In this document: positions 39,925 to 47,744 of the stretch, piece after piece
How the letters are laid out: each line of letters begins with the position of its first letter
Position numbering within the stretch: the stretch's first letter is position 1
Assembly: GCA_036726305.1 (NCBI GenBank)
Contig: DAIMCP010000020.1
Span: 2,995 to 66,994 of the forward strand
Length of the DNA stretch: 64,000 nucleotides
Direction of reading: 5' to 3'
DNA from: Pyrinomonadaceae bacterium
Lineage (GTDB): Bacteria > Acidobacteriota > Blastocatellia > Pyrinomonadales > Pyrinomonadaceae
The notes under the pieces: generated by a model
Seen by the model: the letters and a program-made list of their open reading frames with translations, nothing else
What the model was told of the DNA's origin: nothing
The model's database searches: none
Made by a program: the position numbers and the translations under genes

Positions 39925-40602
39925 ATGAAGCCAGAGCACAAGCTGGAGATTGACGAGCTTGAAACGGAAATTGTCGGGCAAATCACTTCAATGGTGGGTC
40001 AAACCACTGATAAGGTACGTGCAGTCCGCCGCCATTATTCAAATAAAATCGCGCGACTCCCTCCTGAGTTGGTCATCAATCTGGCAATCAGGTTGGTCGA
40101 CAGTTCGGACTTCCTGCTTCGCTTTGTTGCTTATGAACTCGTCCATTACCACAGGCCGGCCTTGCACAGCCTGAATGCGACGATTCTGGAACGTCTGGGG
40201 CGGAGACTGGACAGTTGGTCTGCCGTCGATATATTCGCCAGTTACCTTGCAGGTCCCGCCTGGCGCGAGGGGCAGGTTCCAGACAAGCTGATTCATCGAT
40301 GGGGCCGCTCGGCGAATCGTTGGTTGCGCCGGGCCGCGCTGGTCAGTACAGTCCCGCTGAATAACAAGGCGCGAGGGGGACGGGGCGACGTGACTCGCAC
40401 CCTGGAAATCTGCGCAGCACTCAAGAACGACAGGGACGACATGGTTGTGAAGGCCCTGTCGTGGGCACTACGCGAGCTTGCAAAACGCGAACCAGGTTCC
40501 GTACGCGATTTTGTTAAGACGCATCGGCAATCGCTTCCGGCGAGGGTGTTGCGTGAAGTTAACCACAAACTTCAAACTGGTAGAAAATCACCCAGCCGAT
40601 AA
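39925..40602 (+). CDS. DNA alkylation repair (AlkD-like HEAT-repeat) protein
   Basis: 'W.RSANRWLRRAALVST' and 'VVKALSWALRELAKREP..VRDFV' resemble the DNA_alkylation family. The TTG at 39892 overlaps the MFS stop, so the ATG at 39925 is preferred. Confidence 0.6.
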   Translation: MKPEHKLEIDELETEIVGQITSMVGQTTDKVRAVRRHYSNKIARLPPELVINLAIRLVDSSDFLLRFVAYELVHYHRPALHSLNATILERLGRRLDSWSAVDIFASYLAGPAWREGQVPDKLIHRWGRSANRWLRRAALVSTVPLNNKARGGRGDVTRTLEICAALKNDRDDMVVKALSWALRELAKREPGSVRDFVKTHRQSLPARVLREVNHKLQTGRKSPSR

Positions 40603-40671
40603 ACTAACCGAAGCAGGAGCAGTTACCTTAAGTGGCGATCTCGGCAAGTTGCAGGTCTGACGGAGGACAAT

Positions 40672-41088
40672 ATGGCCGGTTATTCTGGAACCCCACTGGT
40701 AAAAAAATTAGGTATCAAGGCAGGATTTCGGATCGCCTTCGTGGGTGCTCCTGCGAATTTCGAGCGCGATCTAGGCCCGTTACCGGTCAATGTCCAAATC
40801 ATGTCGCGTCCAAGGCGGCCAATGGATTTTGTCTTATTGTTCTCTAAGTCTGCGACGAGCCTGGAAAACGATTTCAAAAGAACGGCCGCCATGCTCTCAG
40901 CCAATGGAATGTTATGGGTTTCCTGGCCCAAAAAAGCTGCGAATATGGCGACTGATCTTTCCGAGAATATTGTGCGGGCAATTGGGCTCGATGCGGGCTT
41001 GGTTGATGTGAAGGTGTGTGCCGTCAACGAAATATGGTCGGGACTGAAGTTTGTTTACCGTTTGCGGGATCGTGATCGTTTGCAATAG
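40672..41088 (+). CDS. DUF3052 domain protein
   Basis: 'MAGYSGTPLVKKLGIKAG' N-terminus typical of DUF3052. 138 aa. Confidence 0.65.
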   Translation: MAGYSGTPLVKKLGIKAGFRIAFVGAPANFERDLGPLPVNVQIMSRPRRPMDFVLLFSKSATSLENDFKRTAAMLSANGMLWVSWPKKAANMATDLSENIVRAIGLDAGLVDVKVCAVNEIWSGLKFVYRLRDRDRLQ

Positions 41089-41503
41089 TTTCGCATCGGC
41101 CGCCGTCGCAGGGTTTCCTTATCGGATATCTTCCGTCCAACGCGAATCTCAAAACCCATCCTGGAATCTAATTAGTCGGCGTTGATCGATCATTGCGCGA
41201 AAACTTCGGGAGCGAAAACTACTAATAGTGGGACCAGCGAAGCCTTCATCGAACCGGTTGCGCCAAACATACGGCGAACGCTTTCTCAGGAAGTGCGGAT
41301 AGCCTGTTTTTGTGGGTGAATTCATAAGTCTAAAATGTTGTTGCTAACGATTGACCACACGCTAACCTAAAATTGAAATTGCCATGCGATCATCTATCTT
41401 CCAATCGCAGAAATATTTGCAGCGCAAAAACAACTGAAGTGTAATTTGCTGATCAAAAAATCAGCGTTCGCACTGGATGGACCAGCTGGTTGAAAGAAAG
41501 TAG

Positions 41504-41531
41504 TTGCAAAAACTTTTGCGATAACTATAAT
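41504..41531 (+). promoter_or_regulatory. candidate sigma-70-type promoter (TTGCAA-N16-TATAAT) inside an 0.8-kb ORF-free AT-rich region
   Basis: Read directly: -35 TTGCAA at 41504..41509 and a perfect -10 TATAAT at 41526..41531. The next + strand start codon is about 365 nt downstream (41897). Confidence 0.3.
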
Positions 41532-41896
41532 CCCGATCCCTCGCTAAGAGTGATGATTGAAGCAAGTAAGAATTGAAAAGCGCGGCTCGTCTGGATCTCG
41601 AGGATTTGTTAGTTTTGGGTTGCTAAGCTCTCATAATATTTTTCTCGCATGTAGCCCTGGACCTTAAACTGCAAGTTGGATTCAGATTGGCGCAGATTGC
41701 AAAAAGTGAAACTGCGCTGGGCAGTCTCAGGCGGTCCTCCAGAATAAATTAGGAGTTTCTCCGCCAAACAATCATCTCAGTAAGAGCAGGTACGGACTGG
41801 AGGATGCGAGTCCCCGGCCCGAGGAAAAGTTTTTTCCTTTTTTTCGAAACTCGCACTCAAGTTCGTTCCGTAATTTGAGGTTGACGGAGTACTGAA

Positions 41897-42547
41897 ATGA
41901 TCGAACCTGTTCAAACGCTTACAAAGCAATGCCCGATTTGTGCCCAGGACTTGCCCCTGACGGAGTATGGAGTTTGCCGAGCTCGTAAAGATGGTCGGAA
42001 CCTTTATTGCAAGAGTTGCATTCGCAAGAAGGTAAGCGCCAGTCGCCGTGCTTTTAAGGCGTACAAGTCTGTGCGTCATCAATATGTTGCGGATAAAACT
42101 GACTCAGCCGCCAGACAGAAGGAACTTCCCGGCCCCCTGCCACCCCGACGCCATTACGTGGTGCGACAGGTCAATAAAATGACCCCCGTGGAACGAGTGC
42201 GTGAGGCGATCAGGAATGGGGCCCGAACCCAGAAAGAAATAGCTCAGGGGACAAAGCTGGGAAAAGACGAAATTGGAGATGCGCTGGCGAGTCTATTGCT
42301 GTGGACTCGCGAGATAAGAACCGAAGTAGTTGAAAGCCATCGAATCTATCTGATTAATGATTCGTCACCGGAATTGATGCAACGCCAGGAAAACCTACTG
42401 GCAAAAGAAGAAAACAACGAGGAACTGGGTCAACTTCCGCCCAGGAAGCGTGACGTACAGAGTTCCTTCAGCGTCGTGCAGGACTTGATGCCGGGAAAGC
42501 GGCCTGAGGGAGAGACCGAAAGACCGCCAGGGTGGGTCGCTGCCTAG
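41897..42547 (+). CDS. hypothetical protein with N-terminal zinc ribbon (CPIC...CKSC) and a possible winged-helix segment
   Basis: The ATG is preceded by GAGG. Four-Cys ribbon 'CPICAQD..(22)..CKSC'. Basic linker. 'TPVERVREAIRNGARTQKEIAQGTKL' is HTH-like. No family recognised. Confidence 0.4.
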   Translation: MIEPVQTLTKQCPICAQDLPLTEYGVCRARKDGRNLYCKSCIRKKVSASRRAFKAYKSVRHQYVADKTDSAARQKELPGPLPPRRHYVVRQVNKMTPVERVREAIRNGARTQKEIAQGTKLGKDEIGDALASLLLWTREIRTEVVESHRIYLINDSSPELMQRQENLLAKEENNEELGQLPPRKRDVQSSFSVVQDLMPGKRPEGETERPPGWVAA

Positions 42548-42554
42548 CTCGTAA

Positions 42555-43013
42555 TTAGCTGTTGAAAGCTTCCAGGACTTCGCGTGCGTGTTCGTCAGGC
42601 TTAACTTTCTCGAAGATTCGTTTGATTTTGCCTTTCTGGTCGATTAGGAACGTCTTGCGATGCACACCCATGTATGTCCTGCCCATGAACTTTTTCTGAC
42701 CATAGGTTTCATACTTGTCCGCGATCGAGTGATCGACGTCAGTCAGGAGAGTAAAAGGGAGTTTAAACTTCTTCGTAAATTTCTGGTGTGAAGCCTCGTT
42801 ATCGGTTGAGATTCCCAGTACTTTGATGTCCGCCTTCTGAAAATCCGCGAAAGAATCGCGAAAAGAACACGCCTCTTTGGTGCAACCGGGTGTATCATCC
42901 TTGGGATAAAAATAAAGAACTACTCTTTGACCTCTAAAGTCTTTGAGGCTGACTGATTGACCGTCCGCATCAGTGGTTTTGAAAGCTGGCGCCGTGCTTC
43001 CTTCTTTGAGCAT
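42555..43013 (-). CDS. bcp: thioredoxin-dependent peroxiredoxin Bcp (Cys form)
   Basis: 'FYPKDDTPGCTKEACSFRD' with the peroxidatic Cys as TGC. The ATG at 43013 lies 5 nt after AGGAG. 152 aa. Confidence 0.85.
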   Translation of the reverse strand: MLKEGSTAPAFKTTDADGQSVSLKDFRGQRVVLYFYPKDDTPGCTKEACSFRDSFADFQKADIKVLGISTDNEASHQKFTKKFKLPFTLLTDVDHSIADKYETYGQKKFMGRTYMGVHRKTFLIDQKGKIKRIFEKVKPDEHAREVLEAFNS

Positions 43014-43104
43014 CATTTCTCCTATGAACCGCTTCTGGTTTTCCTGTAAAGCCTGCTGGCATTCTAAGCGGAGCCGCATGACTGAGCAAATCCAACAAAA
43101 ATAA

Positions 43105-43554
43105 ATGGCGACTAGAAGGCGAAATAGCTATTGGATGGTAAAACAGGAGCCGGAAACCTACTCCTGGGACGACTTTGTACGCGACGGCGAAACAGATTGG
43201 ACCGGGGTGCGAAATTATCAGGCCCGTAACAACCTGCGGGAAATGAAGGTTGGGGACAGCGTTCTCTTTTATCATTCGGGCAAAGAGAAGTCGGTCGTGG
43301 GTGTGGCAGAGGTTCACAAGTCCGCTTATGCTGATCCAACGGCAAATGATGCGCAGTGGGTAGCTGTCGATTTAAGACCGGTGAAGCAGTTGGACGCAGC
43401 CGTGCCCCTGGCGGCAATTCGTTATGACAAGAGACTTAGCGGACTACCCTTAATTCGCCAGTCACAGCTTTCCGTAATGCCGCTCACCAGAGACGAATTC
43501 GACGCTATCGTAACCATGGGGAAAAGTAAGACGAGAAAAAAAGGTCGCAAATGA
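43105..43554 (+). CDS. EVE (PUA-like) domain protein
   Basis: 'YWMVKQEPETYSWDDF..DWTGVRNYQARNNLREMKVGDSVLFYHS' matches the EVE domain pattern. Confidence 0.8.
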   Translation: MATRRRNSYWMVKQEPETYSWDDFVRDGETDWTGVRNYQARNNLREMKVGDSVLFYHSGKEKSVVGVAEVHKSAYADPTANDAQWVAVDLRPVKQLDAAVPLAAIRYDKRLSGLPLIRQSQLSVMPLTRDEFDAIVTMGKSKTRKKGRK

Positions 43555-43582
43555 TGCTTAATTGATTGGGAGAGTGAACCAG

Positions 43583-43966
43583 ATGTTCTCGCAAGTAGAT
43601 TACACAATGATTATCGTCTCGGATATGGATCGTTCAGTTGAGTTCTATCGGGACAAATTGGGTATTCCGCTGAAGTTTCAATCACCCGACTGGACTGAGT
43701 TTCAGACCGGGGCCACGACGCTCGCGCTGCATGGTGGTGGTATTCGTCAACAACAGCCGCCGAGTGGCGATCCATCCAAGCAGGCAGGCACCTGCTCAAT
43801 CGGTTTTAACGTGGAGGATGTCGATAAGACTTTTGCGGAGTTGCAAGCCAGGGGAATCATCTTCGTAATGCCGCCCACCCAAAGAGAAGGCGAGGGGATT
43901 AAGCTCGCGGTCTGCATCGACCCTGACGGCTTGCCGGTTTCCTTTGCGCAAATGATCGCCCAATAA
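43583..43966 (+). CDS. VOC/glyoxalase-family protein
   Basis: 'VDYTMIIVSDMDRSVEFYRDKLG' N-terminal beta-alpha-beta module and a C-terminal 'DPDGLPVSF'. The ATG at 43583 has a GGGAGAG RBS. Confidence 0.75.
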   Translation: MFSQVDYTMIIVSDMDRSVEFYRDKLGIPLKFQSPDWTEFQTGATTLALHGGGIRQQQPPSGDPSKQAGTCSIGFNVEDVDKTFAELQARGIIFVMPPTQREGEGIKLAVCIDPDGLPVSFAQMIAQ

Positions 43967-44039
43967 GCTCACGGTTTGCGCACCTTCCCGGATTTGGGAC
44001 AGCCCTCCAGGGAATAAAGCAATTAGAGCCCTTTGCTGA

Positions 44040-45023
44040 TTAGTTTGGCGCTGGCGGCTGGATCAGATCCGGGATGCTAGCGATTGCTGCTGCCGGCAAC
44101 GGCTTGAGCCTAAGTTGCTCTGCGAGAAAAGCAAGCCGGTCGCTCCGCGCCTCAGCATTTAGCGCATGCGGGGCCTCGTAAAGCTTGAATCGCTTTGGCT
44201 GGCTAACAATTGCTTCATATTGTTTGGCGCGTTCAGGGTTTAAAAATCTTTCCTGAGTGGCGAATTGCAAGAAAACAAAGGCCGGTGCCGCGTGGGAGAC
44301 GTATTTGCCTGGATCTGACCAATCGTGTTTCCTAACGAACGCGTCGAATTTGTCGGGGCCTACTTTCTGTCGATAGTTCTGGTATTCCGGACTTTTCAGA
44401 TCGACTTCGTCAGAAAGAGCACCGGCCATCAGAACAAACGCCTTGAATCTGCGGTCAATCCCACTAAGAAAGCCGCCCACCGCAGCGTTATAACTGTGGC
44501 CAACGTAGGCAATTCGTTTCGGATCAACATCCTTCCGGGCCAGCAACAGGTCAAGACCGCGGCGCATATCCACTACTTGCTGGACAAGGTCAACGAACTG
44601 CTGCTCATTGAGCGGTTGGTTATTTTCTACGTGGCCGGGACGCGCGATTGGTCCGTCGGTCAAGAGTGAAATCACGCCGCTCTGGGCCAGTGCCACCGCC
44701 TCGTCAAGAAATTGTGTGCGGTTGCGGGCCGTTGAATTGCTCCAGTACCAATGTCCCCAGATCACGGCCGCGAACGGGCCCTTTCCCGGAGGCACGACCA
44801 GATAAGCCGGGACTTCGCCGCCTTTGGGACTTGAATAGGTGATGTCAAAGATAGCTGTACCAGCGCGATGCTCAATACCTTTCTCTTTGAGACCGAGGGG
44901 CGCTTTCCTGTCGTAGTCAAAGTGCCGAAGCATGTCGGCGTCCTGTGCGAGCCCCGGCGAAGCGCAAAAAGCAGCAATGGTAGTCAAAAAAAACACCTGC
45001 AAAACAGGAAGTGGGCTTCGCAT
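44040..45023 (-). CDS. secreted alpha/beta hydrolase (dienelactone hydrolase / acetyl esterase-like)
   Basis: The ATG at 45023 has an AGGAGG RBS and a signal peptide (VFFLTTIAAFCASPGLAQ). 'IAYVGHSYNAAVGG' is a nucleophile-elbow-like motif. The assignment is approximate. Confidence 0.5.
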   Translation of the reverse strand: MRSPLPVLQVFFLTTIAAFCASPGLAQDADMLRHFDYDRKAPLGLKEKGIEHRAGTAIFDITYSSPKGGEVPAYLVVPPGKGPFAAVIWGHWYWSNSTARNRTQFLDEAVALAQSGVISLLTDGPIARPGHVENNQPLNEQQFVDLVQQVVDMRRGLDLLLARKDVDPKRIAYVGHSYNAAVGGFLSGIDRRFKAFVLMAGALSDEVDLKSPEYQNYRQKVGPDKFDAFVRKHDWSDPGKYVSHAAPAFVFLQFATQERFLNPERAKQYEAIVSQPKRFKLYEAPHALNAEARSDRLAFLAEQLRLKPLPAAAIASIPDLIQPPAPN

Positions 45024-45139
45024 CGGCGGTTCCTCCTTTTCTTGCGTTTGGGCTGGCGGCGATAATTGACAATAGTATAGCTCCGGTGCGACGCTCTGCG
45101 AACACTGCACTATGCAATGAAACGAAAGGAGAACCGTTA

Positions 45140-46171
45140 ATGCGTCTGACTGAAATGGTTTCGTGCTCTGGTTGAGCGGCTAAGCTCGATCCCGGCATAC
45201 TCGCTCAGGTTTTGAGCGGGCTACCACCACAGCCTTTTGACGGAAATGTGATGGTTGGCTTTGACAAAGCCGACGACGCCGGAGTGTATCGACTGCGTGA
45301 AGACCTCGCGATCGTGCAGACAGTAGATTTTTTCACACCCATTGTTGACGATCCATTTGTATTTGGTCAGATCGCCGCGCTCAATTCCATCAACGACGTC
45401 TGGGCCATGGCGGGAACACCGGTGACGGCGCTGGCGATAACTTGCTTTCCCAAAAAGGGCGTTGATCCGGCCATTCTTGGGGAGATCATGCGCGGTGGGC
45501 TCGAGACTTTGAACCAGTACGGTGTCACTTTGATTGGAGGCCATAGTGTTGACAACCAGCAGATCATGTTTGGCTATTCGGTTACTGGAGTAATCGATCC
45601 GGGAAAGATCGCCACGAACGCCGGCGCGCGTCCGGGAGATGTAATCATCCTCACGAAGCCGATCGGCACCGGCGTCATTTCCACCGGGATCAAGTTTGGC
45701 AAATCCTCTGCGGAGATCGCCGCCGCGTCAGTCGCTACGATGTTGACACCAGGCAAGCACGCTGCTGAGGCAATGCGGGAATTCGACGTCAAAGGCGCAA
45801 CCGACGTCACGGGCTTTTCCCTCCTTGGCCATGCCTGGGAGATGGCGCGGGCCAGCAACGTGACCATAAAGATCGAACCCGGTTCGGTACCGTTGCTGGC
45901 CGGTGCGTTGGAGTTGGCCGCCGCCGGGATGCTCACCAGTGGCGATGGGACGAACCGAGCTTATGTGGGGGAAGACATTGAGCTTGGCGATGCAGTCGAC
46001 GAAAACTTGCGCAAGCTGTTTTTTGACCCGCAAACCGCCGGGGGAATGTTGATTGCCGTTCCCTCTGATCGCGCACAGGCATTATTAATGAGGTTGCGTG
46101 CCCATTATCCCCAGGCAAGCATAGTCGGCGTAGTCGTCGAGCGCGGGCCACGATTAATTACAGTGAACTAA
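45140..46171 (+). CDS. selD: selenide, water dikinase (selenophosphate synthetase), selenocysteine-containing form (TGA 45173..45175)
   Basis: The ATG at 45140 lies 8 nt after AGGAG. The N-terminus is '[25 protein letters not shown]', i.e. the (C/U)xxK active-site loop of SelD. It runs in frame into track ORF 45212..46171 ('DDAGVYRL', '[11 protein letters not shown]', 'SINDVWAMG'-like). The total of 343 aa is the normal SelD size. Confidence 0.9.
45200..45220 (+). promoter_or_regulatory. candidate bacterial SECIS hairpin for the selD UGA
   Basis: CUCGCUCA-GGUUU-UGAGCGGG: an 8-bp stem including one G-U pair, with an apical loop GGUUU. The loop G residues lie about 33 nt after the UGA. Confidence 0.5.
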
Positions 46172-46194
46172 CCATTCCCGGTAAGCAGGTAACC

Positions 46195-47613
46195 ATGGCC
46201 TCTACAATTCAGCAAATAACGCCGGCGAAAGCGCATTCAATTAGCGAGCTCTATCGGGCAGTCCGCGCCCGAACCATGCAGATCGTGGCGCCGTTGGAAA
46301 TTGAGGACTATGTGATTCAGACCGCCGACTTTATGAGCCCGCCGCGCTGGCACATCGGCCATACCTCCTGGTTTTTTGAAACTCTGCTGCAGGCACACCA
46401 GCCCGGCTACAAAATCTACTCTGAAGAATATCTGTTCTACTTCAACTCCTACTATGAGGGACTTGGCGAGCGAATAGCGCGGCCCAAACGCGGCACCAGG
46501 TCACGGCCTACGGTCAGGGACACGATTAGATATCGTAATCATGTCGACGTCGAAATGCTGCGGTTTCTGGACACGATTGACGAGCATTCGCAGAGAGAAG
46601 CGGTGTTGTCGCTTGTTCGACTCGGCCTTGAGCACGAGATGCAGCACCAGGAACTGCTCGTCTACGACATCAAACACCTGCTAGGCGATCAGTTTGATGC
46701 GCCCATCCAGCCTGCGCCGGTATCGTCGACCGAAGTCACCGGAATGGCCGAGATAGAAGGCGGCATGTTTTGGCTCGGTTACGGCGCGCAAGTCCAGAAC
46801 CCAGAGACCAAAGGCCAAGGTCCTTCTCACTTTGACTTCGCTTTCGATAACGAGAAACCCGCGCACCAGGTTTTCCTCCACGACTTTGCCATTGATCGCG
46901 CGCTTGTCAGCAATGGTGATTATCTTGAATTCATGCGCGCCGGCGGCTATCAGAACTTTCGCTGGTGGTTTTCCGAAGGCTGGGAGACGGTCAATCGTGA
47001 GCAGTGGGCTGCACCGATGTATTGGGAACTACACGATGGCCAATGGATGATTCGCGATTTCACCGGACTGAACGCTGCTGCAAGCAAAGCTAACGAACCA
47101 GTCTCACACGTCAGTTTTTTCGAAGCCTCGGCGTTTGCCAAATGGGCGGGAAAACGCCTGCCGACAGAAGCTGAATGGGAGAGAGCTGCCTGCGGTTCGA
47201 GTCACAACAAACCCTCGCGACCCGCGGGAGCTGCGGTGATCGCCCCTTATGGAAGTGGGCGTCGAAATTTTCCCTGGGGAAGCACTGTACCTACCGCAGC
47301 TAACGCCAATCTTTTTGAGAATGGCCTTTGGTCGGTGGCTACCATCGGCTCCTATCCAGCCGGGCAAAATGATCTCGGTTGCCAGCAGCTAATTGGCGAT
47401 GTATGGGAATGGACCACGTCCGATTACGTTCCCTATCCCGGCTTTAAATCCGAGTTCGATGAATACAACGACAAGTGGTTCGTCAATCAGAAAGTATTGC
47501 GCGGTGGTTCGTTCGCCACGCCGCAACTTCATATCCGCTCAACCTACCGAAATTTCTTCCACGCGCACGAACGGTGGATGGTTTCCGGCTTTCGTTGCGC
47601 CCGGAATTTATAA
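46195..47613 (+). CDS. EgtB/SenA-family sulfoxide (or selenoxide) synthase (DinB-like + FGE-sulfatase-like domains)
   Basis: '[15 protein letters not shown]' and '[15 protein letters not shown]' (His iron triad of the EgtB DinB domain). C-terminal FGE-like 'GDVWEWT', 'RGGSFAT' and 'GFRCAR'. No OvoA-type methyltransferase domain. Starts 23 nt after the selD stop. Confidence 0.8.
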   Translation: MASTIQQITPAKAHSISELYRAVRARTMQIVAPLEIEDYVIQTADFMSPPRWHIGHTSWFFETLLQAHQPGYKIYSEEYLFYFNSYYEGLGERIARPKRGTRSRPTVRDTIRYRNHVDVEMLRFLDTIDEHSQREAVLSLVRLGLEHEMQHQELLVYDIKHLLGDQFDAPIQPAPVSSTEVTGMAEIEGGMFWLGYGAQVQNPETKGQGPSHFDFAFDNEKPAHQVFLHDFAIDRALVSNGDYLEFMRAGGYQNFRWWFSEGWETVNREQWAAPMYWELHDGQWMIRDFTGLNAAASKANEPVSHVSFFEASAFAKWAGKRLPTEAEWERAACGSSHNKPSRPAGAAVIAPYGSGRRNFPWGSTVPTAANANLFENGLWSVATIGSYPAGQNDLGCQQLIGDVWEWTTSDYVPYPGFKSEFDEYNDKWFVNQKVLRGGSFATPQLHIRSTYRNFFHAHERWMVSGFRCARNL

Positions 47614-47744
47614 CGTAACTGGCTAAGGCTCTGGCGTCAGCTCGACCTGTCAACAATCGCTTACGTTACACCGCGGCGTTGCGTCTAGTGGCCAATGTTT
47701 CATCTATGCAAAATGAGCACGGCAATTGTATAATGCCCGGACCC

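Noticed and set aside
47728-47733. Perfect TATAAT 11 nt upstream of the preferred lhr start.
   Set aside because: There is no convincing -35 element, and the spacing would imply a nearly leaderless mRNA. I could not distinguish this from chance or settle the choice among the ATGs at 47679, 47706, 47733 and 47745.
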